Positions 15,435 through 24,004 of a stretch of 64,000 nucleotides of DNA are shown piece by piece (positions within the stretch are counted from its first letter, which is position 1; every line of letters starts with the position of its first letter). The DNA lies in assembly GCA_040877915.1 (NCBI GenBank), contig JBBDNA010000012.1, positions 41,102 through 105,101 on the forward strand, given 5' to 3'. Source of the DNA: Dehalococcoidia bacterium. GTDB taxonomy: Bacteria > Chloroflexota > Dehalococcoidia > SM23-28-2 > RBG-16-64-32. The translations under genes and the position numbers were made by a program. The notes beneath the pieces were generated by a model. That model did no database searches, had not been told where the DNA came from, and saw only the letters and a list, made by a program, of their open reading frames with translations.

Positions 15435-16811
15435 CTAGCCGATGCCGCGCCAGCGGCGTCTCCGGAAGTACCAGACACCCATGCCAAGGCAGGCACCAAG
15501 CGCGGCGACGCCGAGCGCCACGACGGAGACAGACTCCCCATCGCCGCTGGCCTCCTGGCGGTCCGAAGAGCCAGGCTGTGGCGCCAAGAGCTCGACGATT
15601 CCGCCAACAGCCATCGGCGTGGGGGTCGCCGGCGGCGCGGCGCCGCAGTAGGGGTCGCCGCAGTGCAGGACCTTCAGGTCGGCGTTGGTGACGTCGAAGT
15701 AGCTAACGACGGGGTTCCCGGAAGGATCGAGCGCGAGCGAGGTGAAGAAGCCGACATCGCCTGCCGTGTCGGGTGAACTGATGACGTTGCCCGAGCTGCA
15801 GCTGGCGTCGCCGCAGTGCAGCACCTTGAGGTCGGCGTTGGTGTTGTCGAAGTAGCTGACCACGGGATTGCCGCCACCGTCCAGAGCCAGCGAGGTGAAG
15901 AAGCCGACATCGCCTGCGGTGTCGGGGGAGGTTATGACGTTGCCCGAGCTGCAGTTGGCGTCGCCGCAGCGTAGAACCTTCAAGTCCAGGTTGGTCTGAT
16001 CGAAGTAGCTGACGACCGGCTTGCCGCTACCATCCAAAGCCAGCGAGGTGTAGAAGCCCACCGCGCCGGTCGTGTCCGGAGACGTTATGACGTTGCCCGA
16101 GCTGCAGTTGGCATCGCCGCAGTGCAGCACCCTCAGGTCGCCGTTGCTGGCGTCGCCGAACGTGTAGCTGACGACGGGGTTGCCGCCGCCGTCTAGGGCG
16201 AGCGAAGTGTACTCACCAACGCTGAGAAGAGTGTCCGGCGAGGTGATGGAGTTGCCGGAGGTGCAGTTAGGATTGCCGCAGTGAAGCACCTTCAGATCCT
16301 GGTTGCTGGCGTCCCGATAGCTGACGACGGGGTTCCCGGAGGCGTCGAGGGCGAGCGAGTTGTACCGGCCGACATCGCCGGCGGTGTCTGGCGAAGTGAT
16401 GGAGTTGCCGGAAGTGCAGTTGGGGTTGCCGCAGTGAAGCACCTTGAGGTCCCCGTTGGTGCTGTCGAAGTAACTGACGACGGGGTTCCCGGAGGCATCG
16501 AGGGTGAGCGAAGTGTACTCGCCAACGGTGCCGGCGGTGTCTGGCGAGGTGATGGAGTTGCCCGAGCTGCAGTTGGCATCGCCGCAGTGCAGCACCTTCA
16601 AGTCGCCATTGCTGTTGTCGAAGTAGCTGACGACGGGGTTGCCGGAGCCGTCCAGGGCGAGAGATGTGTGCCGGCCCACGCTCCCGGCGGTATCTGGCGA
16701 GGATATCACGTTGCTCGCCGCTCTCGACTTTGGGGCGGTTGACAGCACCCCCACGGAAAGCGCCGCTACGAGCAGCACGATAGCAACAGAATAACGCGGA
16801 ATGCTCCGCAT
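15435..16811 (-). CDS. cell-surface protein with a 7 x 51-aa Cys-containing repeat (beta-propeller-like), signal peptide and C-terminal TM/Arg anchor
   Basis: Repeat unit [51 protein letters not shown] occurs seven times. N-terminal signal [15 protein letters not shown]. The C terminus is a PATPTP linker, [20 protein letters not shown], then [11 protein letters not shown]. Confidence 0.8.
   Translation of the reverse strand: MRSIPRYSVAIVLLVAALSVGVLSTAPKSRAASNVISSPDTAGSVGRHTSLALDGSGNPVVSYFDNSNGDLKVLHCGDANCSSGNSITSPDTAGTVGEYTSLTLDASGNPVVSYFDSTNGDLKVLHCGNPNCTSGNSITSPDTAGDVGRYNSLALDASGNPVVSYRDASNQDLKVLHCGNPNCTSGNSITSPDTLLSVGEYTSLALDGGGNPVVSYTFGDASNGDLRVLHCGDANCSSGNVITSPDTTGAVGFYTSLALDGSGKPVVSYFDQTNLDLKVLRCGDANCSSGNVITSPDTAGDVGFFTSLALDGGGNPVVSYFDNTNADLKVLHCGDASCSSGNVISSPDTAGDVGFFTSLALDPSGNPVVSYFDVTNADLKVLHCGDPYCGAAPPATPTPMAVGGIVELLAPQPGSSDRQEASGDGESVSVVALGVAALGACLGMGVWYFRRRRWRGIG
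15645..16700 (-). repeat. in-frame tandem DNA repeat (about 153 bp x 7) inside CDS 15435-16811
   Basis: Near-identical stretches recur every 153 nt, for example gacgacggggttcccggaggc(g/a)tcgagggcgagcga. Confidence 0.85.
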
Positions 16812-16847
16812 GTCCGCACCCCCTTTGGTTCGATCCGCAGTGGGGTT

Positions 16848-16876
16848 ATCATGGGCCTAGGGGCCCTAGTTGTCAA
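16848..16876 (-). promoter_or_regulatory. candidate promoter of the repeat-protein gene
   Basis: The minus strand reads TTGACA (16876-16871), a 17-nt spacer containing the palindrome CTAGGGgCCCTAG, then CATGAT (16853-16848). Confidence 0.4.
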
Positions 16877-16902
16877 CAATCCGTGACAGCGCGCCCCACC
16901 CC

Positions 16903-16931
16903 TTGACCCGCCGCCACTAGCCCCCTATACT
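16903..16931 (+). promoter_or_regulatory. sigma70-like promoter for purA
   Basis: TTGACC (16903-16908), a 17-nt spacer, TATACT (16926-16931). Confidence 0.55.
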
Positions 16932-16954
16932 CCCTGCGGAATCCGGAGGAAGGA

Positions 16955-18280
16955 GTGCCCCGACACGGTCGGGGTTATTGTATGCCAGTCATCGTAGTGG
17001 TGGGCGGCCAGTGGGGGGACGAGGGCAAGGGTCGCGTCGTCGACCTGCTGGCCCAGAAAGCCGACCTCGTCGCCCGCTACTCCGCCGCCAACAACGCCGG
17101 TCACACCATCGTCAACGAGCTGGGCGAGTTCAAGCTCCACCTCGTGCCCGCCGGCATCTTCTACCCCGATAAGGTCTGCGTCATCGGCAACGGCGTCGTC
17201 GTCGACCCCGCCGTCCTCCTCGAGGAGATCGACCACCTCGAGTCGCGCGGCGTCTCCGTCCAGGGCCGGCTGTTCCTCAGCGACCGCGCCCAGGTGCTGA
17301 TGCCCTGGCACCCGATCATCGAGCAGGGGGACGAGGAGATGCGCGGCAAGGGCGCCATCGGCACCACCGGCCGCGGCGTCGGCCCCGCCTTCGTCGACAA
17401 GGTCGGCCGCAGCGGCGTCCGCGTCGCCGACCTGCTGGACGGCGAGTCGCTACTCCAGCTGCTGTCGTTCCTCGTGCCCTACAAGAACGCGATGATCGAG
17501 AAGCTGTACGGCGGCGCGCCGCTTTCGCTGGACGATGTGCACGCCGAGTTCGTGGACTTCGGCAAGCGCCTGGCGCCCTACGTCGCTGACACGACGACGC
17601 TGGCGCAGGACGCGATCGCGCAGGGGGAGACGGTGCTGCTGGAGGGGGCGCAGGGCTCGCTGCTGGACCTCGACTTCGGCACGTACGAGTACGTGACGTC
17701 GTCCGTGCCGTCGTCGCTGGCCGGGGGCGCGACTATCGGCATGGGCGTCGGCCCGACGCAGATCGACGCCGTGCTCGGCGTGTACAAGGCCTACAACACT
17801 CGCGTCGGCAACGGCCCGATGCCCACGGAGCTGAACGACGAGACCGGCGCCCTCCTGCGCGAGGGCGGCCCGCGACCGGAGTACGGCTCGACGACCGGCC
17901 GGCCCCGCCGCTGCGGCTGGTTCGACGCCGTCGCCGCCCGCTACACCGCGCGAATCAACGGCGTAACGGCGATTGCCCTGACGCGGCTGGACGTGCTCGA
18001 TGCGCTGCCGGCGATCAAGGTCTGCACCTCCTATCGCGTGGACGGCGCGATCACCGACTCGCTGCCGGCCAGCGGCGCCGCCCTGGCGCGCGCCGAGCCG
18101 CAGTACGAAGAGCTGCCCGGCTGGCGACAGGATACCTCCGGCGCGCGACGCTTCCAGGACCTGCCGGCCAACGCGCAGGCCTACGTGCGCCGCATCGAGG
18201 AGCTGCTGGAGGCGCCGGTGCACCTCGTGTCGGTCGGCCCGGAGCGAGACCAGGCGATCCCGATGAAGGCGCTGCTCTGA
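16955..18280 (+). CDS. purA: adenylosuccinate synthase
   Basis: GGQWGDEGKGR P-loop and GTTGRGVGP. GTG at 16955 follows GGAGGAAGGA. An alternative ATG at 16982 (MPVIVVVGGQWGDEGKG) would give the more usual N terminus. Confidence 0.95.
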   Translation: MPRHGRGYCMPVIVVVGGQWGDEGKGRVVDLLAQKADLVARYSAANNAGHTIVNELGEFKLHLVPAGIFYPDKVCVIGNGVVVDPAVLLEEIDHLESRGVSVQGRLFLSDRAQVLMPWHPIIEQGDEEMRGKGAIGTTGRGVGPAFVDKVGRSGVRVADLLDGESLLQLLSFLVPYKNAMIEKLYGGAPLSLDDVHAEFVDFGKRLAPYVADTTTLAQDAIAQGETVLLEGAQGSLLDLDFGTYEYVTSSVPSSLAGGATIGMGVGPTQIDAVLGVYKAYNTRVGNGPMPTELNDETGALLREGGPRPEYGSTTGRPRRCGWFDAVAARYTARINGVTAIALTRLDVLDALPAIKVCTSYRVDGAITDSLPASGAALARAEPQYEELPGWRQDTSGARRFQDLPANAQAYVRRIEELLEAPVHLVSVGPERDQAIPMKALL

Positions 18281-18792
18281 TGTCTGACGCCATCACCCCC
18301 TGGATCCACATCGTCGCCGTGGCCGTCTGGCTCGGCCCCCAGTTCTTCCTCTTCCTCGTCGCCGTGCCGGCCGTGCGCATCATCGAGGACGCGCAGGTGC
18401 GGATGAAGGTGATGCGGGTGATCACGCAGCGCTTCGGCTGGCTGGCCTGGGGCGCCATGGCGGTGATCGTTCTCAGCGGGATATCCAACCTGTTCCAGGT
18501 CGGCGGCGACGTCGCCATCGACATCAGCAGCACGGACTTCCGCTACTACCACCTGTTCTCGCTGAAGATGGTCATCCTGGGGATAGTCGTAGCGCTGACC
18601 GCCGCCCACAGCTTCTGGATCGGGCCGCGACTGCTGGCCATCCAGGAGGACATGGGCAGCGACGCCCCGGAGGCGGTGCGGCTGCGGCGCGTATCGATCA
18701 TCCTGAGCTCGCTGGCGCTGCTGGGCAGCATCGCCGTGGTGTACCTGGGCGCGCTGCTGGCCAACCACGACTACTCGCTCCAGCCGACGTAG
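18280..18792 (+). CDS. 4-TM integral membrane protein (CopD/DUF2269-like by recall)
   Basis: The ATG overlaps the purA stop (TGATG). N terminus ITPWIHIVAVAVWLGPQFF resembles LTWLHIVAVFWYVMG of the 2113-2586 product. Confidence 0.7.
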   Translation: MSDAITPWIHIVAVAVWLGPQFFLFLVAVPAVRIIEDAQVRMKVMRVITQRFGWLAWGAMAVIVLSGISNLFQVGGDVAIDISSTDFRYYHLFSLKMVILGIVVALTAAHSFWIGPRLLAIQEDMGSDAPEAVRLRRVSIILSSLALLGSIAVVYLGALLANHDYSLQPT

Positions 18793-18801
18793 GCCGAGCG
18801 G

Positions 18802-19077
18802 TTGGCGGCTCCCCGCGTCGAGATCCGCTATTGCACGCAGTGCCGGTTCATGCTGCGCGCGGCTTACATGGCGCAGGAGCTGCTGATCACGTTCGAGAAG
18901 GAGCTGGGGGAGGTGGCGCTGGTGCCCGGCGCCGGCGGGATATTCGAGATCGCCCTGGACGGCGAGGTGCTGGCCACCAACCGCGAGACGAAGCGCTCGC
19001 CGGAGGTGGCCGAGGTGAAGCGCCTGCTGCGCGACCGCATCGCCCCCGAGCGGCCGATCGGCCACGACAGCCACTAG
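18802..19077 (+). CDS. SelW/SelT/Rdx-family thioredoxin-fold protein (Cys form)
   Basis: VEIRYCTQCRFMLRAAYMAQELL carries the CxxC redox motif, and GGIFEIALDGEVL is typical of Rdx proteins. TTG start. No in-frame TGA. Confidence 0.7.
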   Translation: MAAPRVEIRYCTQCRFMLRAAYMAQELLITFEKELGEVALVPGAGGIFEIALDGEVLATNRETKRSPEVAEVKRLLRDRIAPERPIGHDSH

Positions 19078-19154
19078 CTGTCCGCTGGCCCCAGGCGGCC
19101 TGGCCCGATAAGCTAGAGCCAGCCCATCGTCCCGGACCTAGAGGAGGCCGCAGT

Positions 19155-19559
19155 ATGGCAGCAACGCTGTCCGAAGGCGTCAAGAAGCTCTTCCTGGAGC
19201 GGAACTTCGCTCACCTGGCCACGCTCATGGCCGACGGCTCGCCGCAGGTCACGCCGGTATGGGTGGACCAGGAGGGCGAGCGCATCGTGGTGAACACGGC
19301 CGAGGGCCGCGTCAAGCCGGCCAACGTCCGCCGCGACCCCCGCGTGGCGATCTCCGTGTACAACCAGGAGAACCCGTACTCCGCCGCGTTCGTACGCGGC
19401 CGCGTGGCGGAGGTACGGTCCGGCGGCGCCGAGGCCCACATCCACAAGATGGCCCAGAAGTACATGGGTCAGGAGCGCTACCCCAACCTGCAGCCGGGCG
19501 AGCAGCGGCTGCTGCTCATAATCGAACCGGAATACGTCGGCACGATGATGGTCGACTAG
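19155..19559 (+). CDS. pyridoxamine 5'-phosphate oxidase family (PPOX class, possibly F420-dependent) protein
   Basis: FAHLATLMADGSPQVTPVW and PRVAISV are typical of the split-barrel PPOX family. The ATG lies 8 nt after GAGGAGG. Confidence 0.85.
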   Translation: MAATLSEGVKKLFLERNFAHLATLMADGSPQVTPVWVDQEGERIVVNTAEGRVKPANVRRDPRVAISVYNQENPYSAAFVRGRVAEVRSGGAEAHIHKMAQKYMGQERYPNLQPGEQRLLLIIEPEYVGTMMVD

Positions 19560-19571
19560 AGCAGTGCGAGC

Positions 19572-19724
19572 GTCATTGCGATGAGCGAAGCGACGCGGCA
19601 ATCTCACGAATGACTGGACGCTCCGCATTCTCATGGATGGATGGCGTGAGGAGGTTCGCGATATTGCTTCGCTCCGCTCGCAATGACCGTCATAGCGAGG
19701 GGCGAGGCTACGCGGCAATCTCAC
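19572..19724. repeat. three copies (+, -, +) of a 30-36 nt repeat
   Basis: GTCATTGCGATGAGCGAAGCGACGCGGCAATCTCAC (19572-19607). Its relative in inverse orientation, GCGATATTGCTTCGCTCCGCTCGCAATGAC (19658-19687). GTCATAGCGAGGGGCGAGGCTACGCGGCAATCTCAC (19689-19724). Confidence 0.7.
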
Positions 19725-19730
19725 GTGGAC

Positions 19731-20234
19731 ATGACCGCCAACGGCATTACCGGCAACCGTAACCAGGGCGCCGGGGGCGACATCTTCTCCGAACGCCTGC
19801 TGGGCCTGCTGGACGACGTGATCGAGGGGAAGGCCCCCAACGCCGGCCGGTTCTGCGCCCGCTGCTACCACCCGCTGACCGGCGAGGTCGACGACTGCCC
19901 CCACTGCGGCACGTCGACGGGTGAGCGGGCAGCGGTCACCCGCATCCCCGACGACGTGTTCGCCATGTACCGGGCGCAGCGTTCGCGCGAGGGGCTGGTG
20001 GTGCGCGGCATCGCCTGGGGCGGGCTGACCGCCGGCGTCGTCCTGGGGCTGCTGCCGCTGGCCTTCTACGATGTCACCTGGTGGTCGGTCGCCGCCTTCT
20101 TCGGGATCATGGCCCTGTTCTACGTGGGCTCGGCGAACCTGGCCAACAGCGTCGGCGACTCGCTGGGCTACCGCTGGGGGCAATCGGAGCTGCGGCGCCG
20201 CTGGGCGGCGTTCGAACGCGGGCGGGAGGGCTAG
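19731..20234 (+). CDS. zinc-ribbon membrane protein, hypothetical
   Basis: CARCYHPLTGEVDDCPHCG (CxxC...CxxC) followed by two TM helices. I chose ATG at 19731 because the upstream part of the track ORF is made of the repeat elements. Confidence 0.55.
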   Translation: MTANGITGNRNQGAGGDIFSERLLGLLDDVIEGKAPNAGRFCARCYHPLTGEVDDCPHCGTSTGERAAVTRIPDDVFAMYRAQRSREGLVVRGIAWGGLTAGVVLGLLPLAFYDVTWWSVAAFFGIMALFYVGSANLANSVGDSLGYRWGQSELRRRWAAFERGREG

Positions 20235-20689
20235 CCGCTCTTCTTGCGGCGGCGCGGGCGCGGTCGGGAGTTGGCGGCGGCGGCCACCGCCTCCCTCTTC
20301 GGCTGCTCGGCGATGTCCGTCGCCTTTCCCAGAGCCGCGATGAAGTCCCGCGGGTCCTCGATCGACACGTACAGCCGGCTGCAGTTCAGCGGGAAGAACA
20401 TCCGTACCCGCTGCGGCTGCTTGAACCGTATCTCGACGATGTTTACGTAGGTGCCGATCAGCCCCACGTTCCCCCGGAAGTTCGTGCGCCAGCCGATCCC
20501 GCCCAGCACCGGCCAGTGCGAGGGTGACGCGCCCTCGACCTCGTCCAGGGGAAAGCTTTGCTTGAACGGCCAGCCGAAGCGGACGTTCAGCTCTCCGTTG
20601 GCGATCTCCACGAACGCCCGCTCCGCGTTGGCGCCGAGAGGCAGCAGGAAGTACCGCCAGAACGGGCTCGTCAGTATGTTGAATCGCAT
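20231..20689 (-). CDS. hypothetical protein
   Basis: 152 aa with normal-looking composition, ending in a basic tail RPRPRRRKKSG. No motif recognised. Its stop overlaps the convergent gene's stop (CTAG). Confidence 0.5.
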   Translation of the reverse strand: MRFNILTSPFWRYFLLPLGANAERAFVEIANGELNVRFGWPFKQSFPLDEVEGASPSHWPVLGGIGWRTNFRGNVGLIGTYVNIVEIRFKQPQRVRMFFPLNCSRLYVSIEDPRDFIAALGKATDIAEQPKREAVAAAANSRPRPRRRKKSG

Positions 20690-20699
20690 GCGGGTCCTC

Positions 20700-21596
20700 C
20701 TAGACGCCTACGGCCAGGTCGATGTGGTGGCGGCTCAGCTCGGCACGGACGCGCTCGGCGGCCTCCGCCGAGGGTTCGACGAGCGGGAGACGCGGTTTGC
20801 CAACGGGGAATCCAGCTTCGTTGAGCGCGAACTTCACGGGCATCGGGTTGCTGGCGACAGTCATAATCGTCTCGATCAGCGGCAGCAGCGCGCGGTGGAT
20901 ACGCGCGGCCTCGTCGACGCTACCGTCGACGTAGGCGTCGATCATGCGACGGACCTGCGTGCCGGTGAGGTGCGATACGACGGCGACGGCGCCGTAGCCC
21001 CCGAGCGACAGGATAGGCAGGGTCAGCTGGTCGTCGCCGCTCCAGACCCGGAACCCCTCGTCGCACTCCTCGATGATGCGCGATATCTGGACCAGGTCGC
21101 CGGAGGCCTCCTTGATGCCGACGACGTTCGGTATCCGCGACAGGCGGACCGTCGTCTCCGCGGTCATGTTGACGCCGGTGCGAGACGGTACGTTGTAGGG
21201 CACGCAGGGGAGGTCCGTGGACGCCGCTATCGTCTCGAAGTGGCGGTACAGCCCCTCCTGCGGCGGCCTGTTGTAGTACGGCGCCGTCAGCAGCAGGCCG
21301 TGCACGCCGACGCGGGCGGCCTCGGCCGATAGCTCGACGCTCTCGGCCGTGCTGTACGTGCCGCTGCCGGCCAGGACGGCGCCGCGCCCGCCCACGGCCT
21401 CGACCACGGCGGCGAACAGCTTCAGCTTCTCGTCGTGGGTCAGCGTGGGCGATTCGCCCGTCGTCCCGGCAACAACGAGTCCCTCGCTGCCGGAGTCCAG
21501 CAGGGCTACGGCCAGTCGCTGGGCCTGCTCGTAGTCCACCCGCCCTTCGCCGTCGAAGGGGGTGACCATGGCGGTTATCAGTCGTCCTAGCTCCAT
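20700..21596 (-). CDS. dapA: 4-hydroxy-tetrahydrodipicolinate synthase
   Basis: MVTPF, GTTGESPTL, YNVPSRTG, and the Schiff-base Lys in GIKEASGD. ATG at 21596 gives the usual N terminus MELGRLITAMVTPF. Confidence 0.93.
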   Translation of the reverse strand: MELGRLITAMVTPFDGEGRVDYEQAQRLAVALLDSGSEGLVVAGTTGESPTLTHDEKLKLFAAVVEAVGGRGAVLAGSGTYSTAESVELSAEAARVGVHGLLLTAPYYNRPPQEGLYRHFETIAASTDLPCVPYNVPSRTGVNMTAETTVRLSRIPNVVGIKEASGDLVQISRIIEECDEGFRVWSGDDQLTLPILSLGGYGAVAVVSHLTGTQVRRMIDAYVDGSVDEAARIHRALLPLIETIMTVASNPMPVKFALNEAGFPVGKPRLPLVEPSAEAAERVRAELSRHHIDLAVGV

Positions 21597-21694
21597 AATG
21601 GCAGTCCTATTATTGCCACAAATCGGCACAGATGAACACTACCAGGCCAGGAAGGACAATTCTGTGATCTGTCTGTGCTCATCTGTGGCCAGTC

Positions 21695-22714
21695 CTATAA
21701 CAGGCCGCGGTTGATCATCTCCTCCGCGATCTGGATAGCGTTCAGGGCGGCCCCCTTGCGCAGGTTATCGCTGACGATCCACATGGCGATGGCGTTGGGG
21801 CTGGACACGTCCTGCCGGATGCGGCCGACGTACGTGTCGTCCTTGCCGGCGACGCTCCAGGGCGTGGGGTAGAGGTTGACCGAAGGCTCGTCCTGAACGG
21901 TCACGCCGGGCGCGTCGTGGAGGATGTCCTGCACCTCCTCCGGCGTTATCGTGCGGGTGAACTCCACGTTCACCACTTCCGAGTGGCCAACGTAGACGGG
22001 CACTCGGATGCAGGTGGCGGATATCCCGATGTCCGGCGCGTGCATGATCTTTCGCGTCTCGTTGATGATCTTCCATTCCTCTTTCGTGTAGCCGCTGCCC
22101 AGGAACACGTCGACGTGGGGCAGCAGGTTGAAGGCGATCTGGTGGGGGAAGACATGCGCCTTGGCGCTGTTCCCGTCCAAGACGGCGCGGCTCTGGTCCG
22201 TCAGCTCCTGCACAGCCTGCGCGCCGTGGCCGGAAACCGACTGGTACGTCGCGACGATGATCCGTGTCACGGGATTGGTGACGTGGATCGGCCAGAGGGT
22301 CTGCACCAGCGGCGTTGTCGGGCAGTTGGGGATGGCGATTATTCCTTTGTGGCCCTCGAGGTCAGCGGCGTTCACCTCCGGCACCACCAGCGGCACGTCC
22401 GGCTCCATGCGCCAGGCGGCGCTGTCGTCTATGGCCACGGCGCCCGCCTTCACGGCGGCCGGTATCATCTGCTTCGAGACCTCGGTCGTCGCCGAAAAGA
22501 AGGCGAGGTCGACTCCGGCGAACGACTTGTTCGTCGCCTCCTCGACCTCCAGCTGCCACTCGCCGACCGTGACCTTGCGCCCGGCCGAGCGGTGCGAAGC
22601 CAGCAGGCGCAGCCCCTTTACGGGGAAGCCACGCTGCAGCACGATCTTGAGGAACTCCTGCCCCACGATCCCGGTCGCGCCGACTACGGCTACGTTGTAC
22701 TGCTGCCTGGACAC
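21695..22714 (-). CDS. asd: aspartate-semialdehyde dehydrogenase
   Basis: VAVVGATGIVGQEF Rossmann motif and the active-site Cys in IAIPNCPTT. GTG start 9 nt after GGAG. Confidence 0.95.
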   Translation of the reverse strand: MSRQQYNVAVVGATGIVGQEFLKIVLQRGFPVKGLRLLASHRSAGRKVTVGEWQLEVEEATNKSFAGVDLAFFSATTEVSKQMIPAAVKAGAVAIDDSAAWRMEPDVPLVVPEVNAADLEGHKGIIAIPNCPTTPLVQTLWPIHVTNPVTRIIVATYQSVSGHGAQAVQELTDQSRAVLDGNSAKAHVFPHQIAFNLLPHVDVFLGSGYTKEEWKIINETRKIMHAPDIGISATCIRVPVYVGHSEVVNVEFTRTITPEEVQDILHDAPGVTVQDEPSVNLYPTPWSVAGKDDTYVGRIRQDVSSPNAIAMWIVSDNLRKGAALNAIQIAEEMINRGLL

Positions 22715-22827
22715 TGGAATACGCTCCGAACGTGTGCCGCAGCCCCAAAATCGGGTTGCGGCCCGACCATCTTATCCGATTCGCCGCAGCCGTCGCAACG
22801 GACGGACGCCTATCTGCTGGGCCGGCG

Positions 22828-23979
22828 CTAGAACCAGCGCCAGAGCCAGCTGCGGATGAACCCCTCCTTGGCCCAGCGCCAGAAGCGGCCGGGCGGGCGC
22901 AGGCTGACCTCCGGATCCGGCTCGGCGAAGAACTTGCCGGTCACGTAGGCGGCCTTGCCGTAGCCGGTCTCCAGGAAGCAGGCGCCCTCGCCGCCGAACG
23001 CCCAGGCCTCCGTCCCGCCTCGGATCTCCGCCGCCAGGTTGCGGGCCACGACCTCGGCCTCACCGTGCGCGAACACGCCCGCCTTCGGCAGGCTCATGCC
23101 GTTGGCCAGGGGAACACTCGTGATGTCGCCGATGGCGTACACGTTCTCGAACGACGTCTGCAGCGTGTCGCGGTCCACGGCCACCCAGCCGCCGGCCTCG
23201 GCCAGCCCGGCCTCGCGGACGACGGTGGGGACCTCGTGGAAGGGGACGGCGATGAGCAGGTCGTAGGCGGCCTCCGCCCCGTCCTCGAACTTGAGCGTTC
23301 GCTTCTCGGGGTCGACTTCACGCAGGCGGGCGCCGGGGCTGAACCAGACCTGGCGGTGGGCCAGCAGCTCCGTGACCTCGTGTCCCACGGCCGGCCCGGC
23401 CACGGGCAGCGGCGACGGCTCCGGCGTGAACAGCCGTATGTCCACTGCCTCGCGGAGACGCTTACGGCGGAGGTAGTGGTCGAGGAGGAGCGCGCCCTCG
23501 TAGGGGGCGGCCGGGCACTTGTAGGGCGCGCCCGGGACGACGATGGCGACGCGTCCGCCGGCCAGCTTCGATATCTCCTCGTGCAGCGCCTCCGCGCCCT
23601 CCAGCGTGTAGAAAGTGTAGGCGGTGGCCAGGCCGGGGACGCCGCCGGCCGAGTACTGCGCCCCCATGGAGACGATGAGGTAGTCGTAATCCAGGTCGCG
23701 GTCGCTAAGGTGGACCTTGTTCTTGGACGGCTCGATGGCCGTAATCTCCGCGGCCACGAACTCGATGCCCTTGCGCTCCAGCCGGCGCAGGTCGCGGCTG
23801 ATGTTGGCCGCGCGCTTGTCGCCCAGCATGACCGACGTGTATCCCGGGGCGAACGTGTGCAGCACGTTGCGGTCGACGAGGACGACGCGGTGCTCGCTCG
23901 GCAGGAGGCGTCGCAGCCGGTTGGCGGCGACGAGGCCGCCGACGCCGGCGCCGAGGATGACTATCGTCTTGCCCGCCAT
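22828..23979 (-). CDS. FAD-dependent pyridine nucleotide-disulfide oxidoreductase, sulfide:quinone oxidoreductase-like
   Basis: IVILGAGVGGLVAA FAD motif, YKCPAAPYE Cys motif, AIGDI, and a Trp/Arg-rich amphipathic C terminus WRWAKEGFIRSWLWRWF. ATG at 23979 follows GGAGCAGG. Confidence 0.85.
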   Translation of the reverse strand: MAGKTIVILGAGVGGLVAANRLRRLLPSEHRVVLVDRNVLHTFAPGYTSVMLGDKRAANISRDLRRLERKGIEFVAAEITAIEPSKNKVHLSDRDLDYDYLIVSMGAQYSAGGVPGLATAYTFYTLEGAEALHEEISKLAGGRVAIVVPGAPYKCPAAPYEGALLLDHYLRRKRLREAVDIRLFTPEPSPLPVAGPAVGHEVTELLAHRQVWFSPGARLREVDPEKRTLKFEDGAEAAYDLLIAVPFHEVPTVVREAGLAEAGGWVAVDRDTLQTSFENVYAIGDITSVPLANGMSLPKAGVFAHGEAEVVARNLAAEIRGGTEAWAFGGEGACFLETGYGKAAYVTGKFFAEPDPEVSLRPPGRFWRWAKEGFIRSWLWRWF

Positions 23980-24004
23980 CACCTGCTCCAGCCCCGCGCC
24001 AGAC

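Noticed and set aside
15645-16700. Regular 153-bp tandem repeats, considered as a possible CRISPR or satellite array.
   Set aside because: The repeats are contiguous with no unique spacers, stay in one reading frame, and encode a coherent 51-aa protein repeat with a signal peptide and anchor.
18802-19077. SelW/Rdx-like gene considered as a possible selenoprotein with a recoded TGA.
   Set aside because: The redox motif is encoded as CxxC (tgc acg cag tgc). There is no in-frame TGA and I saw no SECIS-like hairpin.
21597-21694. A lysine (L-box) riboswitch upstream of dapA or asd.
   Set aside because: The gaps are only about 100 nt and lack the conserved L-box helices and motifs. A lysine riboswitch needs about 180 nt.
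21602-21698. A MITE bounded by the 9-nt direct repeat CAGTCCTAT with internal inverted repeats.
   Set aside because: The inverted repeats are not terminal (16 nt from one direct repeat and 2 nt from the other). The direct repeats coincide with the asd stop and the dapA SD, so the pattern is better explained as intercistronic signals.
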